DNA of 63,713 nucleotides, counting the filler, from Pelomyxa schiedti (lineage: Eukaryota > Protista > Evosea), in the NCBI GenBank assembly GCA_020536535.1. It is 12 parts of 12 records of this genome, joined end to end, with 100 filler letters (N's around TTAATTAATTAA, not from the genome) between each part and the next. Parts side by side here need not be neighbours in the genome. Positions count along the whole stretch, not along the records: positions 46,866 to 53,043 come from JAHLWZ010001443.1; positions 53,144 to 54,233 come from JAHLWZ010002853.1; positions 54,334 to 56,840 come from JAHLWZ010001973.1; positions 56,941 to 58,024 come from JAHLWZ010002860.1; positions 58,125 to 62,473 come from JAHLWZ010000261.1; 7 more parts are not named here. One strand, 5' to 3'. Below the pieces are notes generated by a model, which saw only the letters and a list, made by a program, of their open reading frames with translations, did not search any database and was not told the origin of the DNA. How positions within the stretch are numbered: position 1 is the stretch's first letter; the number at the start of each line of letters is the position of its first letter. Position numbers and translations under genes: made by a program. Below are positions 47,915 through 60,280 of this stretch, piece after piece.

Positions 47915-50900
47915 CTACGAGTCACTGTGTTCCTCCCTCAATGTCATTTGTCTCGTTCTGCTATCTTCCTCCATAAGGAAGTGGTCCCAGATGCGTATGA
48001 GGTCACACATGTCAGGCCTGGAGTTTGGTTCCACAGCCCAGCAGCACTCCATCAGCTGCCGGGCCCACCTTGGTATTTGGGCAGATGATGGTGATGATGA
48101 TGTGAACGTGGGTGTGAACCACCGTGATGTTGATGAAGCGGCTGTGGCGCGTTGGAGCTGTGACAGCTCCACCACCATCGACATCGTCGCGTTGGTTGTT
48201 GTTGTTGTTGTTGTTGGTGTTGGTGGTGGTGGTGCCGTTGTTGGTGGCGCTGCGAATGGTGGTGGCCACGCACGTTGTGCCGGTGATTGTTTTGTGGATG
48301 TGGGTGTTGTTGTTGATGACGTGGGGTGGAAGGTACCAGCCGGGTGTCTGGCAGTCAGTTCGACCTCGACAAAGGGATTCAGTGGGTCCACCAGTTGATG
48401 AACGAGAACACCTGTGTTGTGTGTGAGGCGCGGAAAGTGCCGCTAGAATTGGGAACAGTCACCAAAGCTCCACACATCAGTTTTTTGGTCACACTCGGGT
48501 GGTTCCGGGAAGCTGGGACTGAACCGGCCGCTCTTGTTTTTGTTATTCCGGTTGTTTCCAGCCCTACTAGTTTGATTCTGGAGCAGCGAGGGTGAGCCAA
48601 GGTGTGCAAACTAAATGAAGTTGAATTTTTAGCTGGAATAAACAAACAAGGTGAAACAAACCTTTGCCCAAGGGCCGGGTCCTGAATCCTGGAGGGATGT
48701 AATCCAAATGTGGCCTGCGGAGTTTGTGAGACAATAAAAAAAAATGAACCAACAACAAACCGTTTTCGAGGAATAGACCATCATGGACGAGAGGAGGATT
48801 ACAAGAGTGGAGGTGACACAGACCCTGTGCCACATCTCTCAGAATCTTCCCTCTCAGGGTCATCGGCAACACTTGATCAAGAATCGAGGTGGGAGACTGG
48901 GCGGATCTGGTGATTGTCTGAGGATCTTTCCCTCTTTCCAAGCAATATTTCAGCAAGTCCCTAAGGTTCACGGCTGAGCCGCATCCAATTGCAACAAGAC
49001 TCCCAAGGGATTCCTGAAGGCGCGGCGGAACACTGAGTGGAGGAAAAGCTTCTGTTGCCGCAACTAGCTGCTCTTTCCCATTGTCACTACGTAAGCGGGC
49101 ACCAATGAAATCTACAACATTTGAGTCCCTTGGGATCTCCCTCAGAACTGATATCACCGGAATCACTCTGGTTGCGGTGGCTGTAACCTCATGCCCAACT
49201 TCCAGCAGGTAAATTGTGTCAACTGTACGTTTGGGCTCTCCATTACCCTTCCCTTGCCTGTGTGCAAGAGTGGCACTCCAAGTGCTTGGGTCAATCATGA
49301 AACAGGAAAGATCCGGGCAAATATCCACCAGGTTCACCTGTGTGTGAATGCCAATAGGGCATTCAAGGGATATCTTTCCTGATAGTGCAGCTTTCATTAC
49401 CTCACTTTCTTGAAAGAAGTGAAAGTGAGAGTCATGCCAATTTTGAAGCTTCTTCTTCAAGCAATGGGGGCATGGGAAAGATTGAGATGTGGTTGTGATA
49501 TTATTGTCTTGGCGAAACCGGTTTATCCACATGATTGTGAGTGCCCCCAAGTTGTTGAAAGAGGGTGAACTGCCTTCAGGATTCCCAACTCTTTCAAACG
49601 TGGTCCTCACAAAGATGTCAACTGATGTGCAGTTGAGAGCCCTGGATGTACTCATACTTGGTGAGGCTACCATCAAGTCGTGTTGTTGTGTGATCCCTCC
49701 AGTATTGCTCTTCCTGAACACCCACAATCCTGATCTCCAAAAGACCTCCGCCTCAACACCAGGGAGTTTACGCACCATGTTCATAAGTTGAGGTAAAAAC
49801 CCCTCATGAAGACCCTCAAAGACAACTGATCTTCCTGTCAGTGTGACTCGGCTCTTTCCACTGCTGCTAGGAGTAGCTGTCGATCTCGCCTGCTCAGTTT
49901 CCCATGAATGCAATGGATCATTGTTGGAGCTAGGAAGCAGAAAGAATGATAAGTGGATTCTACCTTGGCACATTAACATCATATCCAACTCCAGAAGGAG
50001 AGCCGACAGCCAAGAGGAAAGTCCAGGCCACAATCCACTTGATCGTACAAAGATTCTGCAAGATCAGCCATCTTATGGGAATGATTATGGCTCTTTTCCG
50101 TATTGGCTGGCGTCGGCATAAGTGCCTGAATAATGTTTGCTTGGGAAGCCACTGACGTCATAGTGGTCATGATTTGATTGAACAGTGTTGGTTTGAGTAC
50201 GACGAACTCACATAGTGGTTCCTTTGGTGTCCTTGAAGTCCAGAAGGGATGCCTGAAGTGGATGATGGCACCTATGTCTGACAGGAAACCACAGCACATC
50301 TGGAGGTCAATCTCAGGGTCTCGTCCTCCTCTGTGTAATGTACCAACACCACAGTCCATGGCCAGCTTAACAAAGTCGGTCCACTTGATGACGCTGGCCT
50401 TCACCAGTGACAGTCTTTTGGAGAATGCAATCCATCTGGGGGAAACCGGTGGCGCTGTATTTATGGTGGTGTTCATAACCCTTTTCAGAAGTCCAGCAAT
50501 TGCCGAGATTGGTTGCCGCGTTATAATGGCTTCTGGGTGACAGAAAGGCGAAGAGACAATGCCCTCTGCTCTCTCAAGACTGAGAACGGCAAAGCCACAG
50601 AAAGTGAAGTTCTTCTTCTCCAGAAGTGGATGAATAATTGGGTTGATAACTTCATCCCCGATGCTTCTGCTGTCATGGAGAAACCGGCCCTCAGCAGAAA
50701 ACCCAATCAAGATTACCTGTGCATTGACCTTAACGTCGGCCTGACTTTGACATCTGGAGATTTCATTCAGCCAGAAATGCACCTGTTTAAGTGGACCGGA
50801 TGATTCTCCCAGTGAGTCAGATCTGAAGCAATACATAAATACAGATTTTCCACTGCAGTAGAAGCATGGGTAAAATGGATGCTCAGGCCCACCTGAAAAA

Positions 50901-52670
50901 AAAAGGGGAATGAGTGTCGTCTGAGATAGGTGTGTGAGGAGGTACACACTCAAATTCCAGGCTATCCAAGTGTTATTTGATTTCTTCAGTTTGAATTCCT
51001 GTATGGACACGACAGGTGGATTTACTGTGTGCTTTTCCCCTATGGCTTTGTTTGAGTTTTTTGCCAGGCGCCTCAAGAATGTGGCCTTTAAACTGTTGTC
51101 CTCCCCAACAAGAATCAGTTTGGAAGTGCGGAAATAGGTGGGCTCATCTCTGCAGAGACAATTGTATCTCGCAACGTCCCATCTCTTTCCTTTCAGAGTG
51201 TCAGTGGGATTCAAGAGAACACTCTGAATGTGTGCATAAAATAACCACTGTGGCAAGGCTTTGATGTTGTTGTTGGAGAGGTTCAGGGTTCTACAAGAAA
51301 TGCCTGCAAGATAATTGGGAACTGAATCCAGGCCCAACTTTGACAAGTCAACATCTCTGTCTCTCAGGGATTGTGACAGAATAACTTCAGTGACTGCCGG
51401 CCAGTTCTTCACTTGAACCCATTTCCGAAGTGCAACTGCTTCAAGTGTTGCCGGTGCATCCTCGTCATCATCATTCGCGTCGTCATATCTATTCTGGCCG
51501 TACTCCAGGTTGAGAAACTGGAGGAAACTCCTGACTGTCAAAGGTTTCATACCGGTGATGTCAAGTGCGGTTCCGGGTGGGATCAGGGACCAGATGGCAT
51601 CCTTCCTCTTTTCGATAGTGGAAGATGTTGCGGCTGCACTCTGTGGGATAACAGGTTTCTTTTGTGTTTTGCAAGGAGGAAAATCTTGATGAGTTTTATT
51701 AGTAAACTAAAACTGATAAGGTGACAGTGGAAGAAAACCATAGCCCAGTATTCCTCCTATTTCCAATACTGTGGAAATCAATCCTTGCACGCACTTCCTT
51801 GAATTTGGTTTCCACTTGATCAGTTTGTAGGCGTCGAGCTGTGAATGGAAGTTAGGAAGTAGAATCAAACAAATGAAAAGGCACACCTTAAAGGCCCCGC
51901 GAAATGGCTCCTTCCTCCCCCCGAACCCAGAAGGCATAGCAGAGCTCACGTCCACAACCACCAATCTCCCGCAAGAATCTCCCGCCGCAAATAACAAAGC
52001 CGGAAGGTGCTCCGACACCTCGCTACCACCCTCCCCAGAAATAACAGCGACAACCACAACAGCGTCAGCAGCGGGCTCATCAGCACCAGGAACGCCCGAC
52101 GTCCCTGCTTCCCCTCCTCCCTCTCCTCGAGCACCCCGTGCCCTCGTTGCCTCCCCCCCTCCGCCGCCACCAAAAATCCCCCTCACCACCCTCCCGTCCT
52201 TGAGAGCAGTAGCAGTAGCAGTAATAGTGCGAGTAGTACCAGGCCGCAGCCTTGGGCTGTGCCTCACCCTCACAGTCACCGCCAGCCCCTCTCCCTCTCC
52301 CTCTCTATTGCTGCTGCTGCTGGCGGTGGTGCCCGACATCGTGATGGGGGGAACCACTTCACTGCTGTCATCGCTTGGGGATGTCGGGGACGCGAGCGGG
52401 GGCGGGAAAAGGGACTGGCCGGGGGGCGGGCCGAGAGCGAGGACCAGGTCCGTGGGGTCGCCGGGGTCACGGGACAGCCCCGCCACGTGGGAGGCCTCCA
52501 CGCTGGTGAACAAACAGTCGACCAGCTGCTCGCTCCCGGCGACCAGGCACTCAACCACCCGTTTCATCACCGACGAAAATCTCCGTGTTTCGTGGAAATC
52601 ATGGGGAAGAAGACACCACTTGTGTAAAGAGAACCGCACTGAACCTTTGATGTGACATCCAATTTCCCTT
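47915..52670 (-). CDS. Degenerate ROCO/LRRK-like protein (LRR - Roc - COR - kinase-like), multi-exon
   Basis: LRR LNLSNNNIKALP; Roc-like KLILVGEDNSLKAT; COR-like FLSDIGAIIHF, FWRSG, CPHC; kinase-like DVAQGLCHLH..PPLVHDGL and LMECCWAVEPNSRPDM. Confidence 0.75.
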
Positions 52671-53269
52671 CATTTGAGCTTGCTTGCAAGTCACGCGGCA
52701 TTCATGAGCCTGGAGCGCTGAGGTACACACCATCACAACATCATCGCAAAATGGCCGGAAGCTAACGGTTCCTGACTCCAGTCTCACTGCACCCCAACCT
52801 GCCAGTCACATAATTGATCCACTTGTGTGTGCTTCTGTGGGATCGAGATCAAGAAAGGATTCTATTATTTGTTCTGTTTTGTTGTTTGTTTTGATTTATG
52901 AGGTTTTGGTCGTGATTCTAAAGTCGGAGTGTGTCGGGCTTATAAGGACTCGAAAACGACTTGAAATCGAGGTGAACGATCAGGTAGATTTCCGCGAACT
53001 TGATTTCCTAAGATGTCAGGTCCGAGTGCTGACTCAGCAGGTCNNNNNNNNNNNNNNNNNNNNNNNNNNNNNNNNNNNNNNNNNNNNTTAATTAATTAAN
53101 NNNNNNNNNNNNNNNNNNNNNNNNNNNNNNNNNNNNNNNNNNNGACATTGTTGAGCAGAAATTAGTGCCTGGAGACGTTAGAAGTCACCCGGGATATGTT
53201 TGTATGCAGTATCAGTCAATGTGACTGCAACCTAATCAAATTCAACAGCTGGGAATTTGGAATCCGTGC

Positions 53270-53687
53270 AGCGGCAGACACAGCAGTACGCGGAACATCT
53301 GCAACGCGCCAGGATTGTGGGATTCGGGTCACACCTTGGGTATCAGCTCAGCAAATATGTTGAAGTCACTCTAGCCGGGGGTCTGATTGTTGGTGAAGTT
53401 CATGGCAGGACGAAGAAGCTTTCTGGAGGCAGATAGTAGTGGAGGTAGTCCGTGACCATGATGTTATAACCACCTTACCCAAAGGACAGGTTTACGGCTC
53501 TATGTCGGTGGAAGAAATTGTGTGGACAATCAACTGGTGGCTGGAACATGACGATGAGAAGGATAGCGAGAGTAGCCTGGTGCAAGATACACCAGGCAAT
53601 GGTAGACCTCATACTGGACAGCACAACATGTACCGGGATGGTGCCCGTGGGTTGTACTGCCCGTATCAGTTTGTAAACAGGCTCTGA
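53270..53687 (+). pseudogene. Possible disrupted C-terminal fragment of a GT-B glycosyltransferase-like protein
   Basis: YAEHLQRARI...SKYVEVTLAGGLIVG...EEIVWTINWWLEHDDE pattern interrupted by stop codons; weak. Confidence 0.3.
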
Positions 53688-53823
53688 TTTTAGAACCGTA
53701 ATTCTCAAGAGCAGTTCAGGGTTGAATTTTGTTGGCATCATCATCCTGCCACCATCAAATTCAAAAAATTGTTTGTTTGATCTTGATTGGACGAAGGAAC
53801 AGAAAAATAAAATAAACAGAGGG

Positions 53824-54233
53824 ATGGCAGCTACTACGTCGATAGGGGACATTGGGGGAGGATCTAGTACTGTCAGTAGTAGCAGTGTTGCGGACAGTGG
53901 GGGGATAGGGACGTCACCGTTGTTGTTCTTCAATCAGCCTCTCGTACTAGACAACGTGCGCACCCGCAGTCACTTGCCTTTATTGTTGTTTTAATTATTT
54001 CTTTGTGACCTTGGGAAACACAGGGAACTGGCACAATCAAAGCGGATTTGGCTGGTGTCGAACACAAGCCAAAACTTATCTTTTCTAACTGGTGAGGAGC
54101 CCTTTAAAAACCTTTTGTAGTCTTTCTTACCACATTTGCGTTGATACAGCGTTGGACGCCCTAAGCATGTAAGAGCAATGGCGGGAGCACTTGAAGGGGA
54201 TCACTTTGTAGGGGAACGTGTAACCACAGACCT
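53824..54233 (+). CDS. ACTR1: Actin-related protein 1 (centractin, dynactin subunit), 5' exons only
   Basis: Spliced NQPLVLDN|GTGTIKA.LAG...FSN|VGRPKHVRAMAGALEGDHFVG matches the centractin-specific GRPKHVRVMAGALEGD. Confidence 0.88.
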
Positions 54234-54333
54234 NNNNNNNNNNNNNNNNNNNNNNNNNNNNNNNNNNNNNNNNNNNNTTAATTAATTAANNNNNNNNNNN
54301 NNNNNNNNNNNNNNNNNNNNNNNNNNNNNNNNN

Positions 54334-54900
54334 CTCGCCGGTTCTCTTCCTTGTGATGGCAACAGGCACGGTCACCACCACTGGGATTGAGCAACGCGTG
54401 GAGCACAGGACAGCAAGCTTGTGAGAAGAACTGCTGAGAGCCACATCAACCAACGCGAAGTTGACACCGCTTGGCGCAACGGATATAATCAAGGCTTCAT
54501 CGGCGTTTGCTGGGTTCATTACTATGTAGTCACAGACAGAGTCAGCAGGCCTCAGTGGGAACGGAACATCAACACCAGAATAAGCAGAAGCAACACCAGA
54601 ATCAGTGCCGCAGCGCATGTTTTTCAAAGTGAGGCTATTCGAGCACGAACCGATTGTGTTGGTTTTGGTCTATTGCGTTCCAAGGAGGAAGCGTGTGGTG
54701 GGGTTTGGAAATTTGTTTTCAATGGGGCAAGGTGGCGATAGGTGCGGCAACCACGGCGACGATCCTTGATTTCTTTTTCTTTTGTTTTTTTCGTTTTACG
54801 GCGTTGGCCGCGACGTGGCGGGCTGGGCTGCCCGCGCCGCAGCGGGGCAGAGCCGCCGCCATGAGCGCCCCGAACTGCGACCCACAAGTCGCGATGGCGA
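54334..54900 (-). pseudogene. Inverted, internally deleted paralog of 55046-56308
   Basis: AIATCGSQFGALMAAALPRCGAGSPARHV and RCGTD..GV.VPFPLRP..DY.VMNPA.ADEALI match the neighbour, with the middle replaced by unrelated sequence. Confidence 0.7.
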
Positions 54901-55045
54901 TCCTTGTGGTCGTCGTCGCCGACGGCGGTGGGGGTTGCGTGTGCGGGTCGGTGAGGGAGTCACTTATCCTGTGTGTCATCAATGCGTGTCGCGGTTGGCT
55001 CCTTGTTTTTAAAGTTGAAGACCATGATGCACAACTTGTCGGCGA

Positions 55046-56308
55046 ATGCCGGTGAACATCGTGAACATCGAAATCTCACAACGGAATTTAAGGATGATCA
55101 CGAGTAGGGTGGCGATCGCGACGTGCGGGTCGCAGTTCTGTGCGCTCATGGCGTCGTCGCTGCCCCGCTGCGGCGCGCGCAGTCCAGCCCGCCACGTATC
55201 CTCCGACGCGCCCCTCATGCGGTCGTGGTGGCGCCGCTTCGTGCTCGAACCGTCGCGCCCCTTCGTGCTCGTCATGGATAAGCAGGAGGATGATTCCGAC
55301 GACGAAACGTGCAGTGGAAGCGGCGAGGAGGATGAATTGGGTTGCATCACGGTGTCGTTTGGGGTGTCACCTGTGACGCTGGGATTGACGCATGGGCCAA
55401 GGGAGCTTCTTGTGGCGCGCGTCGGCAACACGGACCGCAAGTGGGTGGCTCCTGATTTGTGCATGTCTGTTGCGACTGATGATTACGGAACCTCAATGGC
55501 GCTGCTGGCTCCGCCGTCGTGGGAACAGGTTGGGTGTGTTGCTTCTCACCTGAGCAAGTTCACTTATGATGCGAATGGCAAGTGGCTTGTTCTCCTGGAA
55601 TACCTTGCCAGTGGGGAATTTATCACCATCAAAAGCACTAGAGTGCGTTGTGGCACCGATGGGGCTTCTGGTGTTGGTGTTCCGTTTCCACTGAGGCCTG
55701 TTGAGCGCGCCCATGACTACGTGGTGATGAACCCAGCCATTGCTGATGAGGCCTTGATCATGAGAACCACTCCAGGAGGAGGAGTTAACTTCGTGTTGTT
55801 TGATGTGGCCCAGACAACCTCTTCACGCCAACTAAGTGTCCTGTTCTCTGCACATTGCTCAGTTACATCTGCATTGACCATACCTGTTGCCATCACAAGG
55901 AAAAGAACCGGCGAAGTTGTGTTCATTGTCACGGTTCGATTTTTCGGAGCACCTTATACTTGTGCATGTTGGGTTGAGGCTTCCACTGGCCAAAGCAAAG
56001 AGATTACGTCATCAGAGTGCACCACCATTTCACAGGTGAGTTCGTCACTGTTTGGCTTGTGGTTCAGCAGCTTGCGGTTTGAATTGTGGGATTGCAACAA
56101 CCCTGCAAAACCACTGAGGAACGTGGATTGCACGGCAATGAACCTTAATCTCAGGAAGTTCCCACAACTTCCTTGTGGCCATGGATTCCTGTTTGCACTC
56201 AGTGGGGACAAGGTGACTGTGATTGAGGTGACTTCAGGGGTTGTTGTTCTCACAATCGACGCACCATACAACCTTGATTGGATTGACACCGATTCCTCCT
56301 TGTTGTGA
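55046..56308 (+). CDS. Intronless expanded-family hypothetical protein (420 aa)
   Basis: SQFCALMASSLPRCGARSPAR..WWRRFV, VSFGVSPVTLG, ANGKWLV, FDVAQT, FELWDCNN, GHGFLF..VIEVTSGVVV. Confidence 0.85.
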   Translation: MPVNIVNIEISQRNLRMITSRVAIATCGSQFCALMASSLPRCGARSPARHVSSDAPLMRSWWRRFVLEPSRPFVLVMDKQEDDSDDETCSGSGEEDELGCITVSFGVSPVTLGLTHGPRELLVARVGNTDRKWVAPDLCMSVATDDYGTSMALLAPPSWEQVGCVASHLSKFTYDANGKWLVLLEYLASGEFITIKSTRVRCGTDGASGVGVPFPLRPVERAHDYVVMNPAIADEALIMRTTPGGGVNFVLFDVAQTTSSRQLSVLFSAHCSVTSALTIPVAITRKRTGEVVFIVTVRFFGAPYTCACWVEASTGQSKEITSSECTTISQVSSSLFGLWFSSLRFELWDCNNPAKPLRNVDCTAMNLNLRKFPQLPCGHGFLFALSGDKVTVIEVTSGVVVLTIDAPYNLDWIDTDSSLL

Positions 56309-56714
56309 TCTTCTCTAATCTTGTCTCAGAACTTGAACGAATTTAGAAATCAACATCACGGAAATCTCCATGATCATTCGACTCGATTTCAAGGTCTTTA
56401 TAACCTTGACGCTCCAAGCTCAAAATCAAATCAAAAAACACATAAACTCAAACAAACAATAACAATAGAACCTTTTATTTCAATCAAATTCATCTCTTTC
56501 TTTCCTTCATTGCTGAGTGAGTTGTCCCCTTTGTTGATACTCACTGAGTAATGGAAGAAAGAAAGAGAGGAATTTGATTGGAATAAAGAGTTCTATTGTT
56601 TTCTTTTCTGCTGACTCAGCACCTCTCAGTCCAAGCTATCTAGATCAGGCCCAAATTCCAAGAAAAAAACAAAGCTGGCGTTGAGCCCTTTCACGGAGAT
56701 CGAAGGATGCGGTG

Positions 56715-56840
56715 GCTTGAGTGCGGTGTCACAAATGGTGGCAGTTGCCATGGCATCCCACAATCGCTGTGGCGCCCGCTCCTTCATTTTCATGAATGAC
56801 GAAGGCGCCCCTTCGTCGTCTCCCTCGTCGTCACTCTTGT
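56715..56840 (+). CDS. 5' fragment of a further expanded-family member, truncated by contig end
   Basis: AVSQMVAVAMASHNRCGARS motif. Confidence 0.5.
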
Positions 56841-58124
56841 NNNNNNNNNNNNNNNNNNNNNNNNNNNNNNNNNNNNNNNNNNNNTTAATTAATTAANNNN
56901 NNNNNNNNNNNNNNNNNNNNNNNNNNNNNNNNNNNNNNNNGGGAGATAAAGCAGCCGCGGAGGCACCAGGGGACCCAGGGGTGTTCATAGAGGGGCCGGC
57001 GGGGACTGAATTGTATGCAGCTGAATTCCGGGTCTTGGTTCTGTTGGTGGCACTTTCCTTGTGGCTTCTTTGATTGTATCCTGGGTATTCTGTGGTCTGT
57101 CCCTCATTCTGGGGCACTGATGCACTCCATGTTGCTTGTCTTTTTCTTCCGGGCATTCAGATATTATCAGGTATTCCCTTTTTTTTTTGTTGTCGTGTGT
57201 GTTGTGCACCGTATGTATTTTTTCTGTAAATAATACATTTAACCCTGTTAGGTTAAATACTCCGAGCAACTTCTTCCAAGTTCCCAACTTATGCAGCAAT
57301 GTTCCCAAGTTGTTGGCCACTAGCTTACCCTTTTGGAAGTCGACCATCGCAATGGTCTCCTAAGTTTACTAAAATCGGTTTGATTTTCCGCGAAAGTCGA
57401 GGTTTTATTTGTTGGGGCTGTGTGCATGTTTCCGTTCTGTTGAAATTCTCCATGGTAATCTCTATTGCGCGTATCATTCTTTATGGTCACTTTGTGTTGG
57501 TGGCCTTGAGTACATCCGCTGTCGGATCCGGTTTGATGATTGAACTTGCCCTTCTGCGAGTACCTACTACCACCGCAAAAAAACATCAGAAATCGTCGAC
57601 GGCATTATGCCCATTCTTTTTGGCCAGTATAATAAATAATATGTAGTATAATAGGCGAGGAGAACTCTTTTGAGTGGCTATCATTGTGTGTGCATTGACA
57701 CAGGAGGTTTTGCAGTGCCGTCCCCTGTCCTTTTCACAAAACAATTCATTTCCACCAGAAAAGCTCCTCGGAGACAAATGTGTGCCTGTAGAACACTAAC
57801 TAATATATATGAAGGGAGAATTTTGGGTATTAATACTGCTGCTCTCTATGCTTAATTAATTACATTCCCCACACAAAACAAAATAAAAAGCCAATCCAAC
57901 ACCAAGCGACAGCAATATTTTCTCATCAATAGTCATTCCCTCTCGCAACAATGCCTTTCACTGTGGTAGATCTTCCCTTATTGGCACAAGGTTCTTGTTC
58001 TTTCCCTTAAAGTCTTCTGTAGTCNNNNNNNNNNNNNNNNNNNNNNNNNNNNNNNNNNNNNNNNNNNNTTAATTAATTAANNNNNNNNNNNNNNNNNNNN
58101 NNNNNNNNNNNNNNNNNNNNNNNN

Positions 58125-58565
58125 CTCTCTCTCTCTCTCTTGTTTGGAGCATAACTTGAAAACCAGCTCTCTGTTTGGTTTGGGTGGCAGAGTTGTGCTA
58201 TGAGGGGATTAAGGATATGGGACATTGCCTTGATGATGCTGTTGTATGTGTTAGGTGGGGAGATGGGCTGTGACTTGTCGATTCTGGAGATCCCTTCCAC
58301 TTTGGGAAATGCAAAGAAAAGGGAATCGTTGAAGTGATCTAGGGCAGGTTTTCTGAGTGGAGCCCAAAAATCTTTTGTAATTTCATCTTTCCTCTTTGAG
58401 TTGCAGGTAAGGTTGTTGGTAGCAGGGTCCCGCATTTGTGCATTCAGGGTACTTTTGGTTGGTATCTTGTGGAAAGGGGTGTGTCTCTTCTTGGAGATCT
58501 TAATGTTCAGTTGGGTTTTAACCCAGGCTATGGCTTCATGGATTTGGTCTGGGCTTGGGGGATAA
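58125..58565 (-). mobile_element. Degraded non-LTR retrotransposon (LINE ORF2-like) remnant; second copy at 60281-60720
   Basis: DPATNNLT...EITKDFWAPL and IIKAMSHILNPLIAQLCHPNQ resemble the LINE linker and RT domain 0-1 region; heavily deleted; ends in a (CT)n run. Confidence 0.45.
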
Positions 58566-58876
58566 TAATCTTTGTTACTTTCGATAATCCTCAGAGCTTC
58601 TGGTACTGGGGCCTTCTGTAGTTTAAGGAGTAGTGAGATGATATCCTGTTGTGTGTTGTTTTTGTTGTTCATTGTTTGCCACACTGCATATGCCTTCCAG
58701 CAGGCCACTGGGTGGTCATCTAGTGTCTCTGAGAGTTGTAACAGCAGCACGGTCGAGTGTATAGCAGGTTCTGTTCTGGATGTGTGTTGGGGATTTTGAG
58801 TCAACTGGATGGACTTCCCATTTTTGCATGGCCTGGTGGGCTATCTGTCTTTAGGTGGATGATCTTTCATTGGGAA

Positions 58877-58909
<33 letters not shown>

Positions 58910-60280
58910 GGTATGATAGGTGTTGGTGGTTTGGTGGTTAAGGGTACTTGGGCTTGGTGGAAGAAGTGTTGGCTATTGGGGATGGTATGTTTTGGGTGGG
59001 GATAGTGAGAGAAGTGAATTGAGGCTGTGTTACTTGGATTGTGGTTGGGCTTATTCAAGGGATCAGCCTGTTCACAGTTGACAGTCTGCACAAGTCTCTC
59101 CCCCCACCAGGTATGTCCTAGCAATGCAGGGCTGTTCTTGTACTGGTGGAGTAATGGCTTCAGTTGGACTGGGATTGGTAACAGCCAGTTGCCTTAAAGG
59201 TGCCCCCAACCCCCACAGACCCTCTGGAAAGGGTAACTCTGGGGTTGGAGTGATAGGTTGTGTGTGGTTGGTAATTGGTTCTCCTTGTCTTTGTTGTTGT
59301 GGTTGTTGTTTTTGTGTTATTGGTGAAAGTGTGTTGGAGGTCCCGTGAAGCCTGTCTCAGGCTTTTGGAGTTTGGGTTGGCTGGGCAACCAGAGATGGAT
59401 GTGTATGAGGGTGTATTAAGCTGACATGTGGCCAGTGAATAATATGCTGTTGTGGTTGTCTCTGATTACTGCACCACAAGTGTTTGATGGAGCTTGATCT
59501 TCTTGACATTTATGTGGAAGAGAACCCCATCCCTAATCACGATCTTGTTCCTGTGCAAGCCTCTAAGTTTCAATGGAACTAACTCATTCCCAGTCAACCA
59601 GGCCTGCATTGCACAACAAGCCCCATTCTCTCCTCCGGCATAAGCTTCCAACCCCTAGTTGCCATGTTGTGTATTAACAAGAGCACTGAAAGGTGAACAA
59701 GTCATAATTTCAGATTTCAATCTGTATGAGCTCTCAACCCTGCAACACACAAGTTAAACCAATGCATACTCCTTTGAATTGCACATACCAAGAAAAAGCA
59801 AACAGACAGCTCAACAGTATTGACCAATTCTGCGGAGAAGCCACAACTGGGTCATTGGCAACTAATGGGCATCAAAAAGAGATACAAAGGAATAAGCAAA
59901 AGCTGATTGAGTATACTTGCTGTAAGAAGCCAAAGCCCAAAGTCAAAGCAGCGATAGTGTAATTTCCCAGGAAGGCACAGTACATGGGCTGACTCTAAGT
60001 GATGTTGAGAGGCTTGAACAAACATAAGGAAATACCAAAGATCTGAAGTGAGCACTTGCCCAATGAGGATGGGTTGCTGCAGCACTGGAAACAAACCAAG
60101 CAGAAAGACACTATCTCAAAGCAATTGCTATTGGTAAGAAGTGCACAGTGACTCTGTACTCTGTCAATCAAAATAATGTGNNNNNNNNNNNNNNNNNNNN
60201 NNNNNNNNNNNNNNNNNNNNNNNNNNNNNNNNNNNNNNNNNNNNNNNNNNNNNNNNNNNNNNNNNNNNNNNNNNNNNNNN

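Noticed and set aside
56941-58024. Short ORFs on this contig
   Set aside because: No recognisable motif or consistent exon chain could be supported.
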